A stretch of 64,000 nucleotides of DNA from Patescibacteria group bacterium (GTDB taxonomy: Bacteria > Patescibacteriota > Microgenomatia > Levybacterales > UBA12049). A program made the translations under genes and the position numbers. The notes beneath the pieces are model-generated. The model saw only the letters and a list, made by a program, of their open reading frames with translations. It was not told the DNA's origin and did no database searches. Position 1 is the first letter of the stretch. The number at the start of each line of letters is the position of its first letter. This document shows positions 26,129 to 38,253 of the stretch, piece after piece. Where the stretch lies: assembly GCA_038061615.1 (NCBI GenBank), contig JBBTYY010000015.1, positions 1,298 to 65,297 of the forward strand. Reading direction: 5' to 3'.

Positions 26129-27062
26129 AAAGGCTAGAATATTGCTTAAACCATTCTATTGTCTTTTTTAGACCCGTATGTAATTCATACTTTGACTGCC
26201 ATTTTAAGATTTTCTGAGCTTTTGATATATCTGCTTCCCATTTCTTAGGTTCTATCTGTCTTGTCTGCTTTTTGGCCTTGCCCCATACAATTTTTGAATT
26301 GCTATTTGTTATTTGCAGAATTAGGCTGACAACATCTGATATTTGATGCTGCTCTCCACTACTAATATTATATATCTCACCCGGATTGCTTTCACTATCT
26401 ATAGCTTTTATGTATGCATCCACTACATCTTCGATAAATATAAAATCTCTTACGTTATTTGGCGAAGATAATTCTATTGATTGGTTTTTAAGAGCGCTAG
26501 CTATAACCAAAGGAATTAATCTGCTTTTATCCTCAAAATAACCATATGGTGAAAATAAACGAAATGTAATTATTGGAAGATTATTGCGTATTGCCTCTTT
26601 CTGACAAAATAGGGTGGCAGCTGCTTTTGTTATACCATAATCATTGACAGGAGTAATCATATCAGATTCTTTCATTTTTTCACTTTTGATTCCGTATTCG
26701 GAAGAACTTCCCGCATTAATAAAAAGTTTGAATCTATGTTTTTTGCTTGCATTTACAAGATTTATCGTTCCTTTGATATTTACATCAACCATTTGGGTTA
26801 TGATATTTTCAGAAGGAAGAGAACCATAGGAAGCAAGATGGAAGATATAGGTAGGCATAATTCTTGCAATTACCGCATCCAATGATTTACCTAGAAGATC
26901 ACATTCGTAAATATCTAATTTTGAAGCGATATCGTACAGTCTCCAATTTAATCTTTTATCCCGAACAATAACACTAACGTGTTTTTTTTGACGAACTAGT
27001 TCTCTCGTCAAGCAAGCACCAATAAAACCAGTAGCTCCGGTTATTAAATAAATATCCTGCAT
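26121..27062 (-). CDS. NAD(P)-dependent SDR epimerase/reductase (possible CDP-4-keto-sugar reductase, RfbJ/RfbS-like)
   Basis: 313 aa. ITGATGFIGACL Rossmann motif and a YxxxK-type extended SDR. Located in the CDP-sugar module. Confidence 0.7.
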   Translation of the reverse strand: MQDIYLITGATGFIGACLTRELVRQKKHVSVIVRDKRLNWRLYDIASKLDIYECDLLGKSLDAVIARIMPTYIFHLASYGSLPSENIITQMVDVNIKGTINLVNASKKHRFKLFINAGSSSEYGIKSEKMKESDMITPVNDYGITKAAATLFCQKEAIRNNLPIITFRLFSPYGYFEDKSRLIPLVIASALKNQSIELSSPNNVRDFIFIEDVVDAYIKAIDSESNPGEIYNISSGEQHQISDVVSLILQITNSNSKIVWGKAKKQTRQIEPKKWEADISKAQKILKWQSKYELHTGLKKTIEWFKQYSSLYA

Positions 27063-27063
27063 A

Positions 27064-28029
27064 CTAATTATTCTCCTTTGTTAAGACATTTTTATACCAA
27101 GCAAAAACTGTTTTTAGGCTATTTTCTAAATTATAGCTAGGCTTCCAGCCAAGCTTTCTGATTTTAGCATCATTTAAATGCTGATAAGGAATTTCATTTT
27201 TTGCAGTATTCAATATTTTGTATTGAATTTTAATTTTTAATATTTCTTCTGCCTTTTTTATTAAATCCAGAACAGAAAGCGTATCGCTTGATGAGAAATT
27301 AAAAACTTCACCTTTTATTTTATCAAAGTTATCCAACAGAAATAGATAACCATCAATAACATCTTTTATATATAAATAGTCTCTTACGTATGTCCCATTG
27401 CTCCGTATCCTAAGGACTTTCTTCTTAATTATAGCTTCACAAATATCGGGAACAATCCTGCCAAAATGTAAGTCTCCCTCTCCGTATACGTTCCCAAAGC
27501 GAGTAATTACCACCGGAAGGTCGTAGGTTTTAAAGTATGCTTGTGAAATAAGGTCAGCAGATGCTTTCGAAACATCGTATGGATGATCTGCTCTAAGGGG
27601 GGAATCTTCGGTATATGCTTTCTTTGTTTTTCCATATGCCTTGTCCGAAGATGCAATAATTATCCCTTTTATAAATTTTGATGCCCTTGCGGCCTCCAAT
27701 ATATTAACCGTTCCCATAATGTTTGTTTCAAATGCTTTGTGGGGATCAGTATATGCTTCCTGAACGATTGGCTCTGCAGCAAGATGGAAAATGTAGTCGG
27801 GTTTAAATTTCTTAAAGAAGCCGAACACCTTTTCCTTATCTCTAATATCAATAAGCTTTAACAACACCTTATTCTTGAGATTATTAAGAGCAAATGTAGA
27901 TTTAGGATGAACTTTTATATCTATAACGGCTACCTTCGCACCGCTTGCAACAAGCTCTCCAACTAAATGACCGCCTATAAACCCCGTTCCGCCAGTTACT
28001 AAAATTTTCGAATTCTTAATACTTATCAC
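27064..28029 (-). CDS. rfbG: CDP-glucose 4,6-dehydratase (RfbG/DdhB-like)
   Basis: 321 aa. TNIMGTVNILEA, ASSDKAYG, HPYDVSKASADL and RFGNVYGEGDLHFGRIVPDICEAI parallel RfbG TNVMGTVYLLEA / ITSDKCY / YDPYSNSKGCAEL / RAGNVIGGGDWALDRIVPDILRA. Confidence 0.8.
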   Translation of the reverse strand: MISIKNSKILVTGGTGFIGGHLVGELVASGAKVAVIDIKVHPKSTFALNNLKNKVLLKLIDIRDKEKVFGFFKKFKPDYIFHLAAEPIVQEAYTDPHKAFETNIMGTVNILEAARASKFIKGIIIASSDKAYGKTKKAYTEDSPLRADHPYDVSKASADLISQAYFKTYDLPVVITRFGNVYGEGDLHFGRIVPDICEAIIKKKVLRIRSNGTYVRDYLYIKDVIDGYLFLLDNFDKIKGEVFNFSSSDTLSVLDLIKKAEEILKIKIQYKILNTAKNEIPYQHLNDAKIRKLGWKPSYNLENSLKTVFAWYKNVLTKENN

Positions 28030-28061
28030 GATCTACATACCTAATACTTAATATCTAGTTA

Positions 28062-28772
28062 TCATTTCCACACCTTCCATTTAGGATCTTCCCGCCAAAA
28101 TTTATTAAGATTATCTACATCCGGATATGTATCCATAGAGTGCCAAAAATCGTCATGGAGATATAGAGAAAGCTGTCTCTTTTTAACAAGCCGTTTTAAA
28201 GCTTGATGCTCCATTTCTCCTTTTTTTAAAAAATCAAAAAAACCTCTTTTAAAAACCATGAATCCTCCGTTTACCCATTCTTTGAGAACAGGTTTTTCGA
28301 TAAATGAGGTGATTATTTTGTTTTTGTCGGTGGCTAGGAGCCCATATTTACTGCGCGGATGAACGCCTGTCACGGTTCCAATCGTTCCCTGTTTTTTATG
28401 AAATTTTACAAGCTCCTTAATGTTAATATCCGATACTCCGTCTCCATAAGTAACCATAAAATTTTCATCTTCTTTTGGAATATAATCTTTCACTCTTAAG
28501 ATTCTTTCTCCCGGCAACGTCTCTTCGCCCGTATCAACGAGGGTGATCTTAAAATCATGGGTCATATGCTTTTGATTTAGAAAATATTGTTTAATATAGT
28601 CCCCCTTATAGCCCAAGGCGATAATAAATTCATTAAAGCCATAATAAGAATATATTTTCATTATGTGCCAGAGAATTGGTTTTCCTCCGATATTTACCAT
28701 TGGCTTTGGCTTAAACTCTGTTTCTTCTTTTAGTCGGTAACCAATTCCCCCACAAAGAATTATTGTTTTCAT
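28062..28772 (-). CDS. rfbF: Glucose-1-phosphate cytidylyltransferase (RfbF/DdhA-like)
   Basis: 236 aa. [45 protein letters not shown] is near-identical in pattern to RfbF [42 protein letters not shown]. Also TLVDTG and [11 protein letters not shown]. Confidence 0.85.
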   Translation of the reverse strand: [236 protein letters not shown]

Positions 28773-28779
28773 ATCAAGA

Positions 28780-29814
28780 TTATACCTTTCTTTTTACAAA
28801 TGAGAAAGCCTGAATCATCCAGAATGTTTCATAGTAAACCAAAAAAATATCGATAAATGGTAAAAAAATAATTCGGGGATTTAATAAGGTAGATAAAGTT
28901 GTATATATTTTTTTTGAATTAACAAAGGCATAGATAATTAATAATACTATCCCAAACAAATGCAGGTTTGGTATAAATGGCAAAATTGCTAATCCCGGCT
29001 TAATCAAAAAATTCAAAACTCCTAGCGGAATGAGTAATCCTTTTCCATAAGTTTTAAGCGGAAGAGATTTTCCTTGAAATCTTATAAGCCTGCCATAAGT
29101 TCTGGCCAGTAGTTTTCTATTTTTTATCCAATCAGACAAAGAGTAATTGTTGCCTAAGTAATGCAGATGAATTACTTTAGCCTTACTTAGAATAAGCTTT
29201 CCTTTATTTTCCAAGCGTAAATATAAATCTGCATCTTCACCTCCAACACTTACATCTCCACCAAACGATATCTCATTAAATCCTCCCACTCGTACAAATG
29301 CCTTTTTTTTCACACAATCAAATTTACCATTAAAACCGGCACTTTCTTTATCAACTGATCTTGAAAAAAGACATTTCTGCCAAAAATTATAAGTATCCCA
29401 TACATTTTTCGGCAATATCACTTTTGGATATGACGCAACAACTTTTAAGTCCTTTCCGAAAGGCTCAACTAATTTTTCAATTTCATGGTCAGAAGGAAGC
29501 GAACTGTCCGAATGCATAAATATTACATGAGATGAAATAGCTTTCTTTACACCAAAATTATAACTTGCGCCAACACCCTTATTTTCCTTTCGTCTAATGA
29601 TATGTACGGGAATTATAGATTTTTTTGCAAATTCTAAAGCTAATTCAACAGAATTGTCAGTTGAAACATTATCAACTATTATTATTTCCTTTATTGGATA
29701 ACTCTGTCTTACAACGCTTTTTAGTGTATGCAAAATTGTCGTCGCAGAATTTTTCATGGGAATAATGACGCTTACCAGAAAAGGTGCAATTCTCTCCAAT
29801 TGATGTTGTTTCAT
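28780..29814 (-). CDS. GT2 glycosyltransferase with C-terminal TM segments
   Basis: 344 aa. VSVIIPMKN, IIIVDNVSTDNS, and a C-terminal hydrophobic region. Confidence 0.7.
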   Translation of the reverse strand: MKQHQLERIAPFLVSVIIPMKNSATTILHTLKSVVRQSYPIKEIIIVDNVSTDNSVELALEFAKKSIIPVHIIRRKENKGVGASYNFGVKKAISSHVIFMHSDSSLPSDHEIEKLVEPFGKDLKVVASYPKVILPKNVWDTYNFWQKCLFSRSVDKESAGFNGKFDCVKKKAFVRVGGFNEISFGGDVSVGGEDADLYLRLENKGKLILSKAKVIHLHYLGNNYSLSDWIKNRKLLARTYGRLIRFQGKSLPLKTYGKGLLIPLGVLNFLIKPGLAILPFIPNLHLFGIVLLIIYAFVNSKKIYTTLSTLLNPRIIFLPFIDIFLVYYETFWMIQAFSFVKRKV

Positions 29815-29815
29815 A

Positions 29816-30925
29816 TTAACAGTCTTCTAAAAAATTGAATTTTTGAGCGTAATAGTTTTCGTAGTAAAAATAATTGTTAAACCTTTTTAACCCTTCCAAA
29901 TAGACATCACAGCTCTTTCTTATTTTTTCAATCGCAATACGAAGTGATTCTATGTCCCGGTTAATAACTTCTCCTGCATTAAATTTCTTGACATAGGGAG
30001 CTATGATTGATGTATTTGACATAATAATTGGCAGTCCAAGCTCTGCGTATTCTTTTATCTTACCCGGATCAACATAATAAGTCCCATGTATACTGCCCGT
30101 AAGATAAGGAGCCACTCCGACGAAACATTTCTTTGAGATTGCCTCAAGTTCTTCCTTCGGAATAAATTTATTAGGAAAGTAAACTCGGTTTGTAATCCTA
30201 TATTGAGTAAGAAGTTTTTTATATTTCTTATATAGTTTGCCATCGCAAACTCCAATAATACTAAACTTGTACTCTTTATTTTCTTTCAAAAAGGAGAAAA
30301 TAAGATCCAGTCCCTGAGATTCTTTTATAACGCCTACAAAAAGCATTGTAAGTGAGCCTTGAGGAATACCTTTTCGTATAATTCTTGGTCTTACTCCCCA
30401 CAAAATAGTTTTTCTTTTTTTTGTGTTAATAATTTTTCCGTTCATTAATTTATTGACTCTATCTCCAAAATAGGCTGTAAAATTAACCCTCTTGTGATAA
30501 AAGTTCTTAAGATCATCAAATAATCGTAGTGTTAGATTGGCTCTTGGAAAATATTCAATCCAAAAGACAAATCTGATATTTTTTAACAATCTTTGAGCAA
30601 ACATACCAAAAAAAGAAATTGGGTGAAAGGTAATAACAACTGCTTTATCTTCCCTTGTAAAATATTTAAAAATAAACTTAATATAACTTACGTACCATAA
30701 AAAATAATATAGAAAAATATTTTTAGATAACTCAATTTCTTTCTGTTCTATTATTGATCCCTCGTTATAAACACGCACTATATTGCCTTTATTTTTTATC
30801 CTTGGCTGGACAATAAATACGACAAGCTTCTGTGTATTTTTAGCAAAATATTCCTCTATATTGCCGCAAAACTGTAGACTTGCATACAAAAAAATATTTT
30901 TATATCTGAATCTTTTACTTATCAT
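29816..30925 (-). CDS. GT4-like glycosyltransferase
   Basis: 369 aa. C-terminal GT4-like block (FVGVAPYL..., EYAELGLPIIMSN). Confidence 0.6.
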   Translation of the reverse strand: MISKRFRYKNIFLYASLQFCGNIEEYFAKNTQKLVVFIVQPRIKNKGNIVRVYNEGSIIEQKEIELSKNIFLYYFLWYVSYIKFIFKYFTREDKAVVITFHPISFFGMFAQRLLKNIRFVFWIEYFPRANLTLRLFDDLKNFYHKRVNFTAYFGDRVNKLMNGKIINTKKRKTILWGVRPRIIRKGIPQGSLTMLFVGVIKESQGLDLIFSFLKENKEYKFSIIGVCDGKLYKKYKKLLTQYRITNRVYFPNKFIPKEELEAISKKCFVGVAPYLTGSIHGTYYVDPGKIKEYAELGLPIIMSNTSIIAPYVKKFNAGEVINRDIESLRIAIEKIRKSCDVYLEGLKRFNNYFYYENYYAQKFNFLEDC

Positions 30926-31655
30926 TTTGAAAAATTACAGAAATATTATTAGCTCCATACTGAATATCTTGCTTTTTTCTGTCTTGTTTTTCTAAAAACT
31001 CATCGAATCTATGAATCCCTATCGACTCCGAAAATATAACCCCAAACACTTTGAGAAGATGTCCTGTATAAAATACTTTTAAGACTTTTAACCGAAACTT
31101 CTCTTTGAGACTATTTAAATCGTATCTTCTTAAATGACCCAGACGCTTGTCGTAGAGAATATTTATTAACCATAGAAACGGCCAGACATACTTCAAAGAA
31201 AGCGGCACTGTAATAAGCATTTTCCCTTCTTTTCTTAATACCTTCCTCCATTTGTAAATTGCTTTCTTTTCATTGGGAATGTGTTCCAATAGTGCGTTGG
31301 CAACAATATAGTCAACTGAATTATCCGCAAGCGGTATATCTTCCGCCTTACATACGAGAAACTTTAAGTTGCTCAGCGAAAGCTGACTTTTATATTTTTT
31401 TAAATTCTCTATTGCTTGTTCACTCATATCACACGCTATTACATTTATTCCATACTTTGCCAATTCCACTGCCACATAACCAGAACCCGCTCCAATATCA
31501 AGAAGGGTTTTGTTTTTAAAATCGTTATCTAGGAGATATTCTTTTATTCTCTGAATATAACTTTTTTGCCAAGCAGCCAACTTGTATTGTGAAATACCAG
31601 AAAACTCTTTTTCAAAATAGCTAAGCTGTTTTTTGTAATGAGCCTTCTTATTCAT
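30915..31655 (-). CDS. Class I SAM-dependent methyltransferase
   Basis: 246 aa. LLDIGAGSGYVAVELAKYGINVIACD (motif I). Confidence 0.7.
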   Translation of the reverse strand: MNKKAHYKKQLSYFEKEFSGISQYKLAAWQKSYIQRIKEYLLDNDFKNKTLLDIGAGSGYVAVELAKYGINVIACDMSEQAIENLKKYKSQLSLSNLKFLVCKAEDIPLADNSVDYIVANALLEHIPNEKKAIYKWRKVLRKEGKMLITVPLSLKYVWPFLWLINILYDKRLGHLRRYDLNSLKEKFRLKVLKVFYTGHLLKVFGVIFSESIGIHRFDEFLEKQDRKKQDIQYGANNISVIFQNDK

Positions 31656-31664
31656 TGAGAAGTT

Positions 31665-32936
31665 TTATAGCCTAGTTTCTCCGTTTTTATCTATAACGTA
31701 TGGGTAGGGCATTATAAAAAGTAGTTTTCCGCCCTTTCTGATATACTCCCTTTCTCTCTCCAGAATTTCCTCTTTAAAATTCCATGGAATGACAAACATA
31801 CAATCCGGCTTAAGCTTTCTTGCCTCTTCCTCCGAAATTAATATCATATCTGTACCTAATGTTCGCAGTCCAATCTTGAAAGGATTCCTTTCGCTAATAT
31901 AAGGAAGCATTTTCTTGTTTATTCCGCAAAGCTGGAGCATAACATTGCCCTTAGTTGATGCCCCCAAACCGATAACCAATCCTTTTTGATTTGCAATGTA
32001 CTTTTTAACCTTTTTAGTATTTATTTCTATTAATTTTGAAAAGGCGTCGTATGTTTGCGGGCTCTCAAGCTGGAGCACTTTTTCTTTGAGAAGCAAATAC
32101 TCCAAATTTGCCGATTTCGGTCTTTTTGCTTCCTTATGCGCCGCCATTATCCTTAAGCTCCCTCCATTTACAAAATTAGTCGATGCGTCAAAAACTTCCA
32201 TTCCATTTTTTTCCATTAGGTAACTTAGCGTTTTTAGAGAAAAATACTCTAGATGTTCGTGACAAATATCATAAAAATTCATATCTTTGATCGTGTCGTA
32301 TAAATAACTTACTTGGATACAAAGAACACCATCTTTACCCAAAATTCTCTTAAGCTGCTTTACTCCTTCATTTGGATTATCTAAATCGTAGAACATAGCC
32401 GTTGAGGTAATAATTTTGAATTTTTTTCCCTCTAATTGTGGGCTTGGAAAATAATCATTAATTATTTTAATTGATTTATCAAGATGACTCCAATCAATAT
32501 TTTTTGCCGGATCAATGCCATATCTGTTTAGTTTTTTAGAGTAAAATGTAAGCATTAGTCCATCATTACATCCCACATCCAGCACATTATCACCATCCTT
32601 TAAAACTACACTACCTGTTACATCGGCTACTACGTCTCTTAAATCTCTATTCATCGTATTTGAGACATTTGAACGATAAAAGTAATTTGAATATAAGAGA
32701 TCCGGATTGACCGTCTCGAGTAATTGAACTAGGCCACACTTTTTACAAAGAAGTAAGGTCATGGGAATCTTAATTTTAGATTTCGGGTTGTTTAAATTCG
32801 TTTCTACAAAAGTGGATGCGATATATTGAGGTTTTATTTTAACGACAGCGATCAGGCTGATTGAGTGACAAGTCCTACACTTCTTAACGAGTCTAAAATT
32901 TTCCATTAAAGCATATTTTACCCTATTATTGAGCAA
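31665..32936 (-). CDS. Second NDP-sugar C-methyltransferase (Zn-ribbon + SAM MTase + C-MT C-terminal domain), paralogue of 5005..6258
   Basis: 423 aa. CRTC...CKKC zinc-ribbon, VLDVGCNDGLML, and a long conserved C-terminal domain. Confidence 0.65.
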   Translation of the reverse strand: MLNNRVKYALMENFRLVKKCRTCHSISLIAVVKIKPQYIASTFVETNLNNPKSKIKIPMTLLLCKKCGLVQLLETVNPDLLYSNYFYRSNVSNTMNRDLRDVVADVTGSVVLKDGDNVLDVGCNDGLMLTFYSKKLNRYGIDPAKNIDWSHLDKSIKIINDYFPSPQLEGKKFKIITSTAMFYDLDNPNEGVKQLKRILGKDGVLCIQVSYLYDTIKDMNFYDICHEHLEYFSLKTLSYLMEKNGMEVFDASTNFVNGGSLRIMAAHKEAKRPKSANLEYLLLKEKVLQLESPQTYDAFSKLIEINTKKVKKYIANQKGLVIGLGASTKGNVMLQLCGINKKMLPYISERNPFKIGLRTLGTDMILISEEEARKLKPDCMFVIPWNFKEEILEREREYIRKGGKLLFIMPYPYVIDKNGETRL

Positions 32937-32955
32937 GAATACAAGAAGAAATTAG

Positions 32956-33933
32956 CTATCGATGATAGCTTGTATACCACTCAATTGTTCGTCTTAATCC
33001 TTTATCGAGAGTAATCTTTGGCTGAAATCCAAGCTTTTCTTTAGCCTTTTTGTTGTCGCTGTTTCTTCTTGGGCTTCCGTCCGGTTTTGAAGTATCGAAT
33101 TCTATTTTTGTTTTTACACCGCTTATCTTAATAATTTTTTCAACAAGCCGGGTAATCGTGACTTCCTCGTCAGTTCCTATATTTACAGGATCAGCCACCG
33201 GATACTTTTCTATAGTCAGTATCAAGCCTTCAGCAAAGTCTTCAACATATAAAAATGCTCTTGTCTGTCTTCCACTTCCCCAAACCGTAAGCGGATTTTC
33301 CCCATTAAAAACGCGCTTAATAAGAGCGGCGATAACATGGGAATATTGCGGATCGAAATGATCACGAGGTCCATAACAATTATAAGGCCTGGCTATTCCT
33401 ACCTTCATTCCAAATTCTTCTGCGTAATATATTCCTAGTTTCTCAGCCATTCTTTTTGCCCAACCATAACCTCCGTTGGTTGGCTCGGGTTCATCTAAAA
33501 AGCCCTCGGATTCGGGAGTAGGAATCAAACAGTTACGAGGATAGACACAAGCTGAAGAAACAACCAAAAACCGCTCGACGCCTGCTTTCCTTGCAGCTTC
33601 AATCATGTTAGTGCCGATAAGAAGGTTGTCTAACATCATCGTCGCCTGATGCGTCCTGTTGTATTCTATTCCGCCAACTCTTGCAGCCAAGTTCATGACA
33701 ATATTTTGGTTTTTGCACGCATTCAATGCAACTTCCGGATCTTGACAATTTCCATTTATTAGTTTTACATTATTTTTAACAGATTTTAAATTTATTTCTC
33801 TTCCATTTTGAAGATTATCTAAAACCGAAACCCTAGCATTTCTTTTTACCAACTTCTCCACGAGATGACTTCCAACAAATCCTGCTCCTCCGGTGACTAA
33901 TACCCTCTTATTTTTCCAAAAATTGTTAATCAT
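32956..33933 (-). CDS. GDP-L-fucose synthase-like SDR (Fcl/ColC-like 3,5-epimerase/4-reductase)
   Basis: 325 aa. VLVTGGAGFVGSHL, SSACVYP, PTNGGYGWAKR, YSHVIAALI, WGSGRQTRAFLYVED and DTSKPDGSPRR match the Fcl family. Confidence 0.7.
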   Translation of the reverse strand: MINNFWKNKRVLVTGGAGFVGSHLVEKLVKRNARVSVLDNLQNGREINLKSVKNNVKLINGNCQDPEVALNACKNQNIVMNLAARVGGIEYNRTHQATMMLDNLLIGTNMIEAARKAGVERFLVVSSACVYPRNCLIPTPESEGFLDEPEPTNGGYGWAKRMAEKLGIYYAEEFGMKVGIARPYNCYGPRDHFDPQYSHVIAALIKRVFNGENPLTVWGSGRQTRAFLYVEDFAEGLILTIEKYPVADPVNIGTDEEVTITRLVEKIIKISGVKTKIEFDTSKPDGSPRRNSDNKKAKEKLGFQPKITLDKGLRRTIEWYTSYHR

Positions 33934-35102
33934 TTGTAAATATTTTAATAATCTCTAACATTTCTTTTTTTGTTAAATCTGGGTTATTCCCAAAATACAA
34001 GCCCTGCTTATGAACCACATTAGCGTTTGAGTTCTTAATAACATGCATAAAATAAGGCATATATTTACTAAAGAAAGGCTGAGCCGTCATGTCCCCTCCT
34101 ACGATTGGCCTAATTTCTACCTTATCTTTGCACTTATCTACCAACTTATTTCTTGTCTCTTGAGTTTTACAAATTATTGGAACCGCAAAATTTGAAAGAA
34201 AATCAATATGATCATATTTTATGGGATAGTATCGGTCTGTTCGCTCGTAAATCGGCTTTGCCATTGTAAAAAAATTATCTCTGCGTTTGCGTATTATTTC
34301 ATCTATATAGCCAAGCTGAGTATTTCCGATAAAACCATTTATTTCTGTAGTTCTTAAATTATAGCCTAAATCGTAAAATGTATAACGGGAGTAAAATGTC
34401 GAATTAACATTATGTTCCAGTCTTATCTTTAGCTGTTTTTTTTCTGTTAAATTCCTGTCCCATCCATGAGCCCGGACAAGCTGAAGCATAGTTTCAAGTT
34501 CTTCATCGTCTGTACAGATTGCTCCACCCTCAATTGTCGAAAGATGATGACCAACATAGAAAGAGAATGTAGAAGCTACTCCAAAGTTACCAAGTTTTTT
34601 ACCTTTATAGACTGTCCCTAAAGATTCACAGTTATCCTCAATCAGTATTATTCTTTTCTCATCGCAAATTCTTTTAATTTCATCAATATCGTCACAAAAC
34701 CCAAGTAAATTTGTAAGGAATAGTATCTTAATTGGATATTTCTTGATTACATCAAGCAATTTTTTGCTTGAAACGTTTAGCGTATCGAGTTCAATATCGA
34801 TAGGAACAGTTTTTAGTCCGAGTTGAATAATAGGCATTACATTTGTAGACCAGGTAAGCGCAGAAAAACCTACGCTATCCCCTTTTTTTATTTTATCCAA
34901 GTTTAGAAGAGCTTGTATTAAAGCAAGGTTGGCAGAGCTTCCGCTATTAACAAATACGCAATATTTTCTACCTTGGTATAAGGCAAAATTTTTTTCGAAT
35001 TTCTTACACTGCTCTCCAATGCTAAGCTTCTCCGAAGACATTATAAATTTACTCAATTTTTCCTTTGTATCTGACTCTTTGTAAAATGTTGATTTAATAA
35101 GC

Positions 35103-35110
<8 letters not shown>
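33926..35110 (-). CDS. ColD/E1-like PMP-dependent sugar 3-dehydratase (DegT family with His-His at the catalytic Lys position)
   Basis: 394 aa. VNSGSSANLALI, IEDNCESLG and FSFYVGHHLSTIEGGAI. The HH replacing xK is characteristic of ColD (GDP-4-keto-6-deoxymannose 3-dehydratase) and E1. Confidence 0.65.
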
Positions 35111-37191
<2,081 letters not shown>

Positions 37192-38253
37192 TCAATCTTT
37201 ATAATACTTTAGTCCCTTAAATAAGTAAAGATAATAGGATAGACGAGGACTTTTACTGACCTTTGATAAAAAAATTGAATCTTTTACTTTTCTTATCTTT
37301 TTTTGCACTATATTTCTCTTCCCTAAAGTCCTAGATAAATTTGCTAAATTCCAAAGCATTGCCTTTTGAATAGCAAGAAATAACCTTAGTCTTCCTGTAA
37401 AAAAGTAAATAACAGCAATTGCTTGACAAATGAGCAAATGCAGGGGCAAAATCCAAATCAAGGTTCTTACTTCAAAATTTTTTAAATAGCTTGATATTCT
37501 ATTTTTAAAAGAGTGAAAAAAAATTTTCTCATTACCAAATTTTCTTGCAGAAACTCCTCCTTTATGATAAATCGATGATTCCGGTGTGTAAATGATTTTG
37601 TATCCTGCAAGGTGAACGCGTAAACAAAAATCTGTTTCTTCGAAATAAAGGAAGAAATCTGAATCAAAAAGTCCAATTTTATCTATCAATTTTTTCCTGA
37701 CAAGCATACACGCGCCATAAGCTGAAAATATTTCATTTTCCTTGTTATATGTAAAAAGATTGGATTTTTTCCCATAACCAGGATAGTAAAGAAATCCTGT
37801 TGGAGTAAAAAATGCGCCAATTGAGTTAATTGTATTATCGTTATAGGATGGATTTCCCTTGTAGAGAATTTTTGGTTGGACGATACCAATATCTTTATCT
37901 TTCTCTAAAAATGCGACCAAATGTTTAAGAAAATTTTTTGTGACGATGGTATCATTGTTGAGAAGGAGTACATACTCTCCTTTTGCTTTTGCACATGCAA
38001 TATTATTGCCTTGAGCAAATCCTAAATTCCTATCGCTCTCTATAAGTTCCACTTTCTTGAAATCCTTGATTATCTCCTTTGATTTATCGGTAGAGTTATT
38101 ATCTAAAACAATTACTTGAATATTTCTATAATTTTGAGTAAATAAGGAGGACAGACATTCCTGCAGAATATCTTCTCCATTCCAATTTATTATAACAACC
38201 GAAACAAGAGGCTTATTCATGGAGATTTTTAAAATATTGCCTATGCCAATCAA
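37192..38253 (-). CDS. GT2 glycosyltransferase (rhamnosyltransferase/WbbL-like)
   Basis: 353 aa. VSVVIINWNGEDIL, VIVLDNNSTDKS and LLLNNDTIV. The true start may be the internal Met at 38220, which would reduce overlap with the upstream gene. Confidence 0.75.
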   Translation of the reverse strand: MIGIGNILKISMNKPLVSVVIINWNGEDILQECLSSLFTQNYRNIQVIVLDNNSTDKSKEIIKDFKKVELIESDRNLGFAQGNNIACAKAKGEYVLLLNNDTIVTKNFLKHLVAFLEKDKDIGIVQPKILYKGNPSYNDNTINSIGAFFTPTGFLYYPGYGKKSNLFTYNKENEIFSAYGACMLVRKKLIDKIGLFDSDFFLYFEETDFCLRVHLAGYKIIYTPESSIYHKGGVSARKFGNEKIFFHSFKNRISSYLKNFEVRTLIWILPLHLLICQAIAVIYFFTGRLRLFLAIQKAMLWNLANLSRTLGKRNIVQKKIRKVKDSIFLSKVSKSPRLSYYLYLFKGLKYYKD

